A stretch of DNA of 47,500 nt, the filler included, from Jimgerdemannia flammicorona (lineage: Eukaryota): the NCBI GenBank assembly GCA_003990765.1. It is 2 parts of 2 records of this genome, joined end to end, with 100 filler letters (N's around TTAATTAATTAA, not from the genome) between each part and the next. Parts side by side here need not be neighbours in the genome. Positions count along the whole stretch, not along the records: positions 1 to 23,703 come from RBNJ01001076.1; 1 more part is not named here. One strand, written 5' to 3'. Positions 1 through 11,900 of the stretch are shown here, in pieces. Below the pieces are notes generated by a model. The model had not been told where the DNA came from. It worked only from the letters and a program-made list of their open reading frames with translations, and searched no databases. Within the stretch, counting starts at the first letter, position 1, and each line of letters opens with the position of its first letter. A program made the translations under genes and the position numbers.

Positions 1-206
1 ACGCATGCAAAAAAAAAAAAAAAGAGAACTGCATGTAACCCAAATTATAACTAGAAATCCTATATCTAAGGAATTTTTTGTGGGTCGAAAAGGGTTCCGA
101 AATACCCGAAATATCCGAATTACCCACAGAAATGCAATGTATGTAATCTACTCATAGATGAGGGATGTAACTAACGTATGTAAAATGTATATGCGGTACG
201 AGGCTT

Positions 207-3200
207 TTAACAGCCTGAAAAGTCTCGTGACCTGCTCGTAAGACCCATTCCTTTGGTGCATAGCTTGAACTTCGGCTTTGGAAGGGCTTTCGTAAGTGAA
301 TCGGTAATCATATACTCCGTGGGGATGTATTCCAAGTGTATACTTCCACACTCTACACATTCTCGAACGAAATGATGGAGTATATTGATATGCTTCATTC
401 TACTGTGGTGTACTGGGTTCTTAGCAAGCGCTATCGTCGATTGGTTGTCTTGCCTTATCAGCATAGGGTACCATTCCTGAGTGAAGCCGAGTTCTTTTAA
501 TAGCTCGCAGAGCCAAACAGCCTCCTTTGTTGCCAATGACAATGCCTGATACTCCGCCTGCATTGAAGATGTCGCCACGGAACTCTGCTTGCGTGTTTGC
601 CATGAAACAATGGACCCTTTGTCTTCGTTCAAGCTGATGTGAAAGAGATACCTGGTCGTAGACCAGCGATCATCCAAGTCTCCAGCCCAATCGGCATCAC
701 ATGCGCCAAATAGCCAGATGCCTTTGTTCTTGTTCTTGCTCCTGCTCAATCCATTGTCACCACCCAATGTGAGCGTATAGTACGCTGATCCCTTTAGGTA
801 CCTGAAAATCCTCTTGATTGCCGTCCAATGCAAGTTGTCATAGTATGAGCAATACTGCGCTACCTTATTGACGGCGTAGGATAGGTCTGGCCTCGTTCCA
901 ATCATTAAATACATGAGGGAACCGACGGCTTGATGGTAGGGAATGTTGTTGGCAGGTTCGAGCGTAGTATCGGGCTTCCTTAACTTCACGGAAGTCTCCA
1001 TCGGGGTGCCAACGGGCTTACATTCACTCATATGAAATCTTTCGAGGATGGCCTTGGTGTACGTTTCTTGCAAGAGATGTATGGCGCGCGCACTCCTGTT
1101 ACGTGTAATCGATATTCCCAAAAGGAAGGACGCATCGCCCATGTCGATCATCTTGAATTCTCAGCATAGAGTTTCCTTTACTCCATTGAGCCTATTCTTG
1201 CTGGCAACGATGATGATATCATCCACCCATATGCCAATGAATACTACGCCATCGTCATAATGCCGGACATATACGCAATTATCTGCTTCGCAACGCGTGA
1301 ACCCATCGTCAAGGAGATATTTATCAATCCTTTTGTTCCATAATCGCGCTGCCTGTTTGATGCCGTATAGTCCTTTACGCAATTTGCATACGAATTCTCC
1401 ATCTACGTATCCTTGCAGTTGACGGACGTATAGTTCAGTGTCTACATCACCATTCAGGAACGCTATCTTCACATCCATTTGATGGACTTCCAGGTTGTAT
1501 AGCGCGCCGATCGCAAGGAGTATTCTAAGCGATGTAAGCTTGAACACCGGCGAGAATGTTTTGTCATAATCTACGCTGTAATCCTGCGAATAACCCTTAG
1601 CAACGAAATGAGCTTTATACCGCTCTACATTTCCTTTGGCATTGCGCTTTATCTTATACACCCATTTGGATCCTATTGCTTGACGGTTTTGCAGAAGAAT
1701 TACCAAGTCCCAGATACCATTTTTGATGAGCGAATTATATTCCTCATCCATCGTGCGTTCCTATTTCTTGCTGTCCGGACATTGCATAGCCTTGTCGTAT
1801 GTGTATGGCTCCCCAGATGTGGCCATATACGCGCATTCATATGTGTCGGCGTAGCTCATGTGATCCTTATGTTGCCGCCTGGGGCTTGTAGGCACATCCC
1901 AATAACTTCCTAAATTGGAGCGCGTCTCATTCTTGGGTTTACGCTTTGGCTTGCCTTTGCCCTTTTTGGATTCCTCATCGCCAGAGGAGGATTCATTGTC
2001 ATCATTGATCTCGGTAATTTTTGGTTCTTCGAACGTTGGCTCATCTCCATATAGTGGTTGATAATAATTTTGATTCGCTGCTGGAGCCTTCGGAGATGGA
2101 GGCATCGGTTGTTGCGCTGGCTGGAATATAGAGGTCTCAACCGGTACTTCCACACGAGTCTCCGAGCTATTTCCTTTTTCTCTGAATTGTACGTCACGCG
2201 AAATCACCACGCATCCCGTATGTGGATTCCAGAGCCTATATGATGTCCCGCTATACCCTAGAAGGACGTGCTTGCTCGCCTTTGACTCGAATTTATGCCG
2301 ATTAATGTTGCTTTTGTCGAGAACGTATGCCTCGCAACCGAAAATCCGTAGATGAGATACATCCGGCTTCGTTCCACTCCATAATTTCTCGGGGGTACGA
2401 TCAGCATCCCTGGAATGCTCGTTGCCGGAATTCTTGCTTAGTGATCGAGATACGCACCGGTTGCGGATGTATACCGCCGTATTCACAGCTTCTCCCCAAT
2501 AGGAGTATCCCAATCTGGCTGCATTGATCATTGTACATGCCATTTCTACGGCCGTACGGTTAAATCGCTCGGCCACGCCGTTTTGCTGAGGCGTATAGGG
2601 AGCCGTTGTCTGATGACGTATACCGTGCTTCGTCAGGAATTGCCTAAATTGGCCATTCACATACTCCTGACCATTGTCTGAGCGTATAGTGTGTATTCTA
2701 CGTCCCATTTCATTTTCAGCGATCGCCTTGAATTCTTTGAATTTCTCCAAGGCTTCACTTTTTGCCGATAGCATATATATATACACCTTGCGCGTATTAT
2801 CGTTGATAAACGTGAGGAAATACCTCTTGCCAGAATGTGACGGGGTTCGCATCGGGCCGCAGATGTCGGTGTGGATTAAATCAAGGATCCCCGAAGCGCG
2901 TTTCCACCATTCTTCGAACAGACGCCGGGATGCCTTATTTGCCATGCAATCCTCACAGAAGTTATCATCTGGATGTATATGCGCCGGTAGTCCACTCACC
3001 GAAGCGTTCCTTATCATTCTTTCAAGGCTCGATTTGCCGATATGCCCCAAACATTTATGCCATGTGTTATACACGTCAGGGGTAGTTGTTGTCGTATATG
3101 CAAAAGTTTTTGCTCCATTTGGTGTACCGTCGATCATATACAGATTACCTCGCTTCAAGGCTGTCATCAACATCTTGTTGTATTTGCTGCCATGCAGGCC

Positions 3201-4670
3201 ATATATGGTTGCGCCTTTTGGATGTATATACATCTCCTTATTGCCTCGACCCATCATCTTGCCTATGGAGAAGAGATTCTTTCCTATCTCCGGAGTGTAT
3301 AGTATGTCCCCAAGAGCGGCTGCAGGCTCGACGACATTCCTGTGGAGATGTATCCCTACATTTTCTTTGCCTTGGGCGTAGATTACGTTGTTGTTTCCTA
3401 ATTTGATAGGTACCGGGTGTTCAAACGATTCATACGTAGAGAACCACTCCCAGTGGGCTGTCATGTGTTGCGTGGCTCCTGAATTCATGAGCCAGACATT
3501 GTTGTCGTCGGCTGTGTTGGCCCATTCGCTGGAATTGCTGTTGTCACCACTTTTCGTCGGCCCAAAAGTATTCTGCCGACCGGTTGTAGATGACGGATTG
3601 GTGGATCTGGCGGAACTGACATTATCTTGTACAAAAAATAGATCACCGCTTTCATCAGTTTCGGCAGTATTTGCATTGCCATGTTTCCCTTTGCTACGGT
3701 AGTTCCCTCCACTCTTTTCTTTTCCACGCTTATTTTCACCGCTTTCCTTATGATAGCAATCATTTTGCTTATGTCCATACTTCCCACAGTAATGGCAATA
3801 GCCGTCAAACTTAGCTGGACTGCTTTGATTTTGGGTTTGGGTTTGTCCCGTTTGCCCTTGTTGGCCTCGCTGATAATGCTGGTTTTGGCCTTGTTTGCCG
3901 CCGCGTCCTCGGAAACCGTAGAACGCCCTTTCGTCGTCGTTGTTGGGACCATTCTGGCGCATCTCTTCATTTATAAGGCTCGTTGTCATGTGGGCATAGT
4001 CCATAAGTCTGTCGCCCCCGCGCATGGCTGCGATGACTATGTCATACCCTTCGGGAAGGCCTCTTATAAGCGCCAGGACCTTATCTTCATCGCTGATGGC
4101 TTCGGCCAGAGTCGTAGTGAGCAAATTCACCTGATTCACCAGATCGTCAACGTGATCGGCGTATTCGCGGATGCTTTCCCTATTGTTGGACTTCATTCGT
4201 AAATTGAATAACTGAGTTTTTAGGTGAAATCGATTCGATGCGGATGCCTGCACATGATGACCGTGTAGAGTTTCCTATGCGTCGTTCGCTGTCGTAGCAT
4301 GCATTATAAGCTTCGCTTGCGAGTTCGCAAGCGTGAACGCGATCTCCCTCAATGCTCGGCAATCGTTCGTGGTATTGTAATCTTCAATTTGCCACTGTGG
4401 CTTCGTATACTCCGCTAAGCCGCATTTGTCGAGGAGATTTGTCATATGGAACGCCCAAATGGCATAGTCTTTCCCATCGAAGATTGGGATGGACCTCTTG
4501 ACTGTATTTATGCTTACAACTGGGACTGCGTTTCCCGTACCTGTGGTTACAACAGGGACTGTTTCCGTTGCCGGAGCACTCGTAATTGGCGTACCCATGT
4601 TGCCTGGCTGTTCTTCGCTCATCTTTGAGTGTAGCATATATTTTAAAGAGGTGTTTTTTGTTATAGCCAC
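207..4670 (-). pseudogene. copia gag-pol polyprotein, one reading frame broken by three in-frame stops
   Basis: ORFs 4275-4670, 1761-4253, 1161-1751 and 207-1151 share a frame (gaps of 21, 9 and 9 nt). Stops: TAG 4275-4277 (DA*ETL), TAG 1761-1763 (KK*ERTMDEE), TGA 1161-1763 region at 1161-1163 (TLC*EFKM). Likely start ATG at 4622. Confidence 0.93.
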
Positions 4671-4682
4671 TTAGCGCTAGCG

Positions 4683-4694
4683 GGGCTCATAACC
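4683..4694 (-). promoter_or_regulatory. primer-binding site complementary to the initiator tRNA-Met anticodon arm
   Basis: Minus strand GGTTATGAGCCC lies 2 nt inside the LTR end. The plus strand GGGCTCATAACC is the fungal tRNAi-Met anticodon stem-loop sequence. Confidence 0.85.
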
Positions 4695-4696
4695 TT

Positions 4697-4872
4697 TGTT
4701 GTATATATTCGTATATATATATATCCTTATAAGAGGAAGAGAGCAATTTTATTGATAAAATGTATAGCACGAATTTATGTATTACTGATGGATGGCGGAT
4801 GATGTAAGACTGATGAAAGAAACGTCGGCATAGAAAGGTCACGTGGATACATGTCAAGTTGTCATCTCAACA
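4697..4872 (-). repeat. copia 5' LTR (176 bp)
   Basis: Bounded by TGTTG...CAACA inverted termini, abuts the PBS, and is followed by unrelated decayed sequence at 4873. Confidence 0.85.
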
Positions 4873-5818
4873 ATACATATAAGTATACAGATATAACTAT
4901 AATATGATTGCACTACTAGATGGCTGCATTTTCTTAGAGAAGTGTGGCAGCAAATTGAACTTATATGTCATCTTCTATTCTTGTAAGCTCAAAGTATTGA
5001 TCCAATTGGAAGATTCATGTATCTGTAGATAGTCCTTCTTGATGGCCATTGAAGGTATCTGGCTTGAGTAGCTTGAAACTAACTGGTACTACAGCAGGAT
5101 GTGATGTACCTATAGTTTGTATTTTCTGCTATTCTAGTTATACTTGAAGTTCTTGAATTTGGTAGACCATAGCATTAATCATATCTTCTATGTTGAGCTA
5201 TGATCTTCCTGCTTCTTCTATAGCAGAGGGGTCTGGCTAGTAGACTAACTCTTCACAGCTCATTTTAGATTCATGTGACTAGTTGTAACTGGTTTCTGAA
5301 TTCATATGAGGTTTCTTAATAAGGCAAAATATAACAATACTACTACTACTAAGTGTAACAGTTCTAGTTTCTTTAAGAGGAAGTGGCTAAATCTGAAAGT
5401 TTTGGTTGACTTAAAGTAGCTTGAAGAGATACTTAAAGGTTCAAATATTCTCAAAGGATTTTTGGGAGAAAATATTCTGAGCTTTATTCAGGCTGAGAAC
5501 AAGAATATTTATATATGATCTGAAAGAAAGATCTGGAAGGATCTTGAAAAAAAAGAGAAATACTAAGAAATAGGTTCTTGGCAAAGCTGACTAATACTAT
5601 TCTATAATGTTCTGAAAGGTTCTATGACTAGCTGAGACAAGATACTTAGTACTAAGGAAAGACAAGAATGTTCTAGTAGTATCTGTGCACTGAGAGAAGA
5701 TTTCTAAGCAAGTAGAAGATACTGGAATATAGTAAAATATTTAAGAAATAACAAGAAAAGACTGACTAAAAGATGCAAAAAATGTACTAAGACTAAATAT
5801 AACTGTGAAATTGTTATA
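4873..5818 (-). mobile_element. decayed Ty3/gypsy element 5' end (LTR ~5354-5818, PBS relic, gag fragment), interrupted by the copia
   Basis: Minus translation ~5080-4915: KLLKPDTFNG...*IFQLDQYF...VQFAATLL*ENAAI**, a gypsy capsid motif with W codons turned to stops. LTR-like termini TGTAACA (5354)...TGTTATA (5818). TAGTAGTAGTA next to the LTR may be a decayed TGGTAGCAGCG PBS. Confidence 0.7.
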
Positions 5819-5856
5819 CTCTCTATCTACACCCTCTCATCAGCAGACCCCTTATA

Positions 5857-6620
5857 TTCCCCCCCAAGCCAGGACCTCTCTTTACATATTGTTAGTCAAA
5901 TATGCTAGAGTCACTCTGCCTAGTATATACCTTAGAATATATATTAGTTGTCATATTACTAGACTCTTTTCTCTAAAAACTATATTATAAGTATTGCCAA
6001 AAGATTATATAACCTGAAAGTTACTAGAGAAAGATAGAACTATATATATACTAGATTTAGTAATATTAGAACTGAACTATATAATCTCTCTGATATTAAA
6101 CAAAGTTAAAGATAAAGAAAAAACTCTAGTAACTAATAAGAGATAGAATGAATTTATCGTAAGTAAGAAAAAGATTTATATATAAGTCTAACTAAAAAGA
6201 ACTAATATGAGAACTAAAGACTAAGATCTTTACACTCTCTTCTCAAGCCTGCAGACCTCAATTATATTACTATATTAACTTCTAGTTCTAGTTGAGTATA
6301 GCCAAGTTACTGATTACTACATTAGCCTACTATCTATCAATCAACCAGAAGGTCTCACTGAGATATATAATATCTATAATAACTCTGATAACTATCACTA
6401 ACCTGATATTAGACTAATTTATCATAATTATCTTTTCTCTTATATATCTGTAATAGTTATCTCCTCTCTCATTCTGACTCTATCTGAAAAGTAGTTACTT
6501 ATACCAGAACTATACTTACTAAAAAGCTTACCAAAGCTTAGAGGATCTATTATAAATACTAAAGACCTATTAGAACCTTTACTGATATTTGACATTCAAG
6601 ATCAGCTAACTCTCTATATA
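5857..6620. repeat. decayed dispersed repeat, unclassified (copy A)
   Basis: 5857-6035 aligns by eye with 29371-29545. About 6160-6620 aligns with the reverse complement of ~7090-7575 (e.g. aagcctgcagacctcaat vs aagcctgcaggcctcaat; tatctgaaaagtagttac vs tatctgaaaagcagttac). Confidence 0.75.
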
Positions 6621-7089
6621 GCTTATAATATACTGAGATAATATCTTATTAATAATGACAAAAAAAAGAAAGTACTATATGTATCAAAATAAATATACAT
6701 CAAATATAGTCAGCAGTATCAGAAATGAATAAAAAAAAAAAAGAAAGCACTAATTTGATACTGATAAAGGTTATCTTTTTATTGCTCCTTTCTCTGCTAC
6801 CTTACTAGTTACAATGGTTTGGTAGACAACCTTCTGAGTCTACTTCTACAATTATTACTCTCTCTACCTTGGGTTGGTTTGCTGTACCTATTGTAGAGTA
6901 GTGGGGAGAAGGCAATGGTGATGAGTTGCCCTTTTATCAGTGTCAGATTGATGTCTTCTCTACTTTTTTGCAGTTTCTATATAATACCTTCAGCTACATC
7001 TGGAGTGTATCCATTTTGGTGCAGTATCTTCTTTCTTTTGCTGTCACCAATAAGGTACTGTCTTGGTATATCTTAGGCTATGTAGAGAG

Positions 7090-7690
7090 TTGGCTAACCT
7101 TAGGCATCAAGTGCTCAGTATAGGTTATCTGCAGATTCTTGGTACCTATGGTGGGGCTCACTGGCTTTGGCAAGCTTTCCAGTGAGTGTAGTTCTGATAT
7201 AGGTAACTGCTTTTCAGATATTGTCAGGATGGGAGGAGAGATGGCCATTATAGATAGGAGGAAGGGTGATAATGGTGAACCAGTAGGGTGCTAGACTGGG
7301 GGCAGTCATTAGGGCTGGAGCAGGTGCTGCTTCAGTGGGGCCTTTTGATTAGTACAGAGCAGTTAGATAGTAGATATCACTCTTGGCTTCTTTTGGCAAT
7401 TCAGCAGGTTGAGCCCTAGTTGTTGAGGGGGTTGGGGGGCCCAAGGCTATCTATTTCAGGCATCTTGGCTATACTTAACTAGAACCAGAAGCTGATATAG
7501 CAATGTGATTGAGGCCTGCAGGCTTAAGTAGTGGGGTATTGGAGGTCTCCTCCTGCCTTATATATAAGTCCTTTACTCACCTCAACTAGGAGAACTAGGC
7601 CCTATCCACCATGATGTACTTTGATGAGAGTTTTTCTTTACCTATCATTCTCTTTGGGGTGGCAGAGACTATTTTATTCGGCTCAGGTGT
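7090..7690. repeat. decayed dispersed repeat, inverted relative to copy A (copy B)
   Basis: Reverse complement matches ~6070-6620 with mostly transition differences. Boundaries are approximate. Confidence 0.7.
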
Positions 7691-8965
7691 GGCCTTATAT
7701 ATATATTAGGGTCTCAGGCATATGCTTTCAGTCATTGGTATATGGCTGAGTTCCCTCTGATAGTAGAGAGAGTATGGTGCACAAAATGAGGTACAGACCA
7801 ACATAGGCCCTACTGTATCTGACATAGTCAAGCTACTGGACAATAGCTAGCCTAGGTTAATGGGGGGGCAGTGTTTGATAGGTGGTGGGGGGGAGTTTTA
7901 GCCTATATAGTCTAGGTTCTCTTTCAATAAAAATCCACAGGACATTAAGTCTGTTAAAAAAAAAAGGTTTATCTTTTTATTTAATTAGATTATCTTTATT
8001 ATCTTAAATTATTATTTATTAAAAAAATGATTTATACTATTTATAATATATATTATTTAAAATAAATATCTAACTTATAAATATAATAATATAATTATAA
8101 TTAAATCTATATAACATTACTTAAAAAAAAAAATCTATATTTATTATTCTATTAAAATTATATAATCTCTACTATTAAAAATATATATTTATCTAAATAA
8201 TATTATTAATAAGTTGTTAAATAATTATAATAATAATAATAATAATAATAGTATATATTATTTTTCATATTAGATAAAGTCTTTGTGAGTTAGATAAAAA
8301 TTAAAATATTTAACACCTAGTTTTTGTTTTTCTAACTTGAGTCTTTTAATTAAACTGTTAGTACTACTATTTTATTTTTTGATTTCCAACAAAGATATTT
8401 CTTTATTAAAAAATACATATCATTACTCCAAAGTTGATCAGGAATCAAAATCGGAAAAGTTGTAAATTTGATCAATCATGGATAAAGATATGATTTCACA
8501 ATTTGCAATAAGAATAACAAAAAGGCAAATCCCCACATTAAGTATAGATTATAGAAACTGTGTTTAATAAAAATGAGAATGAAATGAAACAATAACAGAG
8601 TAACAGAACATTCGGGAGCAGCCCCTAAAAACCAATTACAACAACCCCCCCAGAGCATCAAAATGGCGAGACTTTCCGACCACCAGCACAAATAAAATAA
8701 AATAAAATAAAAAATCCCAGGATAGGACCAGCGTGCGGCGATACCAACCCCCATACATACAAAGGAGAGAGCCCGAATGACGGTATAAATGTCATACAAA
8801 GCAAAAACAAAAAAAAAAAAAAAAAAAAAAAAAAAAGGTAGGGTGGGGGTATCCGATCTGCAAAAGGATGGTTCCGCAGACCATATCACATGCAATCCAA
8901 TCCAATTACCACTCCAAAGGCCCACCACCACCAAACCATACGCTCCTCACACATTCTTCGCCGCC

Positions 8966-11900
8966 TCACATAGGCACGGCCGTTTGCGCCGCGACAGGCG
9001 CAGGTACTGATGCCGCTGCCACTGGTGCCGTGAGCGGCGCCTCAGACTCCACCTCCTTGAGGCTATTGACGGAATTGGCCGACGATCCCCTGGCAGGTAT
9101 GATGGGCCTGATGGGTGCGGCCGGCCCTGCGGCCGCTTCTACCATGGCGATGGTGGAGGGCTGGAGTTGTGCTTTTGTGAGTGGGGGCTCCATGAGGGCA
9201 GTTGTACCTGTGGAAGACGAGCCCGTATGGGCGGGGGCATTCGATTGCGCCATGGTTGGAAGGCTCTGCTGCACGATGGCAGGAACACTCTGCTGCACGA
9301 CGGCAGGAACACTCTGCTGCACGACGGCAGGAACACTCTGCTGAGCGACGGCAGGAACACTCTGCTGAGCGACGGCAGGAACACTCTGCTGAGCGACGGC
9401 AGGAACACTCTGTTGAGCGACGGCAGGAACACTCTGCTGAGCGACGGCAGGAACACTCTGTTGAGCGACGGCAGGAACACTCTGCTGAGCGACGGCAGGA
9501 ACACTCTGCTGAGCGACGGTAGGAACACTCTGCTGAACGACCGCAGGAACACTCTGCCGCGCTACAGCAGGAGCACTCTGCTGCGCGACGGCAGGAGCAC
9601 TCTGCTGCGCGACGGCAGGAACACTCTGCTGCGCTTGAGCGGGGACAATTGGTTGCGCGGTGACGGGAATGCTTTGCTGCACGTGAGCGGGAACCGGGGG
9701 AGTCGGCGACGGCACCGGTGACGGAGCCGGCGAAGGAACCGGCGACGGTGTCTGCGACGTAGCTGAGGAGGACGAGTGTACACCGAATATTCGTGAGATG
9801 GTCACAAGGGTCGAACTCTTCCCCGGCGATGTTGGGGTCGAAGACGAGGCTGTAGATCCCGTAGGCGAAGACGCGTCGTTTCCCTCTCCAATCTTAGCCG
9901 CAACCCTTCCGACCTGCAGAGGTGTTACGCCATGATCCACAACTGTTGATCCCGATCCTGTGGACCCGACTGAGGTTCTCGATTCCGACCTCTTATGCCT
10001 ACCCAAGCGTTTCGCCGAATCGCTGGTTACGGGTGTGACGTCCGACGGGGTGCTCTTGGTCGGAGCGGGGACGGGCCCCGAGGCTAGTCCGGGAGGGTTG
10101 GCCTCGAAGGACTTCCTGGGCCGGAGGATGAGTTTGGGGGGCTCGGTGCCAATGGGATGCTTGCGGCGATCCCAGAAGACATTATCACGGTGATGGACGA
10201 GATCGTCGAGGACGCGGTCGGCGTGCCATTCGCCGGGCTTTTCTTGGTTGTGATCATGGAAAATAGCAGGGGTGAAGATGAGGGAGAGGTTCTGGAGGTT
10301 CATCTTGTTGTGATCGGCGTGCAAGGATACGCTGGTAAGGAGAAGTGGATGTGAGTAAAACGGTTTGGCATTCAATAATTATCGCGACTGTCGACGCATC
10401 CGTCATTGAAAAAAATCTATCAGCAAATCAAAAACCTTACTCACTTCGCCAAATGATCCACAAGAACCTTTAGCGTTTCGATATGACAGTCAGGTAGTTT
10501 AGATACCCGCTGCCACAGCTGGGTAATTCGGGTCTGATCATCGCCAATACCTAAGAAACGCCAGGGTCACAAATGAAAGATCAATCAACCCACACGAATC
10601 AATTCACTGTGCCACCTTTCATCAATCCTGACTCTTCCTCTCAATTCCTTCTGCCTCCCGCATACTCACGCGAATATTCGATCCTTTCCTCTAACGTGAA
10701 TGGGAACAGGGGCTCCGGTAGCTCTCTCAGATAGATCTTTAGGATCCCCGCGATGGCGGAAACATCTTCCGTGACACCGTTCTCGCCGAACACGCAGGCC
10801 TCCTCGTCGCGCTCGAACTGCTGCCTTAAGCGCTCGGTGGTACTCTGCCTGCCCGAGATGCGGTAGATGCCCTCGCGGTCAAGAGCGCCGCGGTCCTGCA
10901 CGGCGGCAATGCACCGTTCTACAATAAGTGGGACCATGCGCCGATGGATCCGCGAATAGTCTGACAGCGTGACGCCGAAGATCATGTCTACGAGTTCAGG
11001 GGGTGGGAGGGGCTGAGTGTGTGCGGAATTTATGTGAACGGAAGTGAGGAGAATGTAGATGATTTACCTTTAGACTCCCCAGCGTAGAAATTGACATAGT
11101 TGACGGGATTGGGCTTCTGAAAACCCTCCTTTTTGAACTCGACCCTCCACTGCTCGACGTCGATATCCGGTTTGATGCAGTCAACGTACGTGACCATGTT
11201 CTCCATAATCTGTGTGATATAGGGAAGAGTAAACCACAATAGGGTGAGAACCGACATGCCAAAAATTACAATAATAAAAAACAACAAGTCTCAACCCCGT
11301 CACTACCCGACTTCTCTCCTCCAATATACCCTCGTACACCCCACACCCAACCACCAAATTTACTCACGTCCTTTGTCGCCAACGCGCTCTTCTTCTCAGT
11401 CGTGACGTACGCCTCGAGTGCGGCCTTGGTTTGGGTGGCCTTCTCCGTCAGCACGGTGTCAAGGGTCTAAGCAGCGACCCGACGTGCAAGAAACGCATGG
11501 ACGGATCACGTTAGCAACACAGCCAATTTCACACAAACCTCCCACGCTGCCAAAGCACCATCGCCAGCCTCAAGAAGTAACCTACCTGCCCCGCCCGTTC
11601 CATCGTCATCATCTGTTTGATGCGCAGTATCTCGAGTTGCTGGATGGCCTTGCGGTACTCGGCGTCTGGGTTTTGGTTAGGGTTCGGTTAGCCGACTACC
11701 AAGATTGGAGGCAGGATCCATCAATTTTAGCCCCCCCTCAATCCCCTCCCCAACACCCACCCGCATCAGCAATCTCCTTCTTTGTCTTTGCGTTCTTCAC
11801 ATTCTGCTTCACGGGGTCTACGGTACCAAAGCTGGTCGCGACTTTGTTAATGAACCGATCAATCCTCTTCTCCTTGGTTCCGTCTGGACTCAGGACCTCG

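Larger units (their letters stand above)
207..4872 (-). mobile_element. Ty1/copia LTR retrotransposon (5' LTR, PBS, gag-pol; 3' LTR not in window)
   Basis: Copia domain order: gag with zinc knuckle CHYCGKYGHKQNDC, protease WLM(N)SGATQHMT, integrase (HTDICGP, RSDNGQEY, TPQQNGVAERFN), RT (QMDVKIAFLNG, LYGIKQAARLW, WVDD), RNase H (CDADWAGD, DNQSTI). LTR and PBS lie upstream. Confidence 0.97.

Noticed and set aside
1..206. 3' LTR of the copia element
   Set aside because: No match to 4697-4872 here. It lies outside the window or is lost, so TSD and age cannot be assessed.
1161..4277. Copia stops as programmed readthrough, A-to-I-corrected TAG codons or a variant genetic code
   Set aside because: One stop is TGA at a non-Trp site, catalytic motifs also carry missense transitions, and MET5 ends normally in TAG. 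Decay is the simpler explanation.
9248..9631. 24-bp repeat array as a CRISPR
   Set aside because: Units are contiguous with no unique spacers, in frame within a eukaryotic exon, and there are no cas genes.
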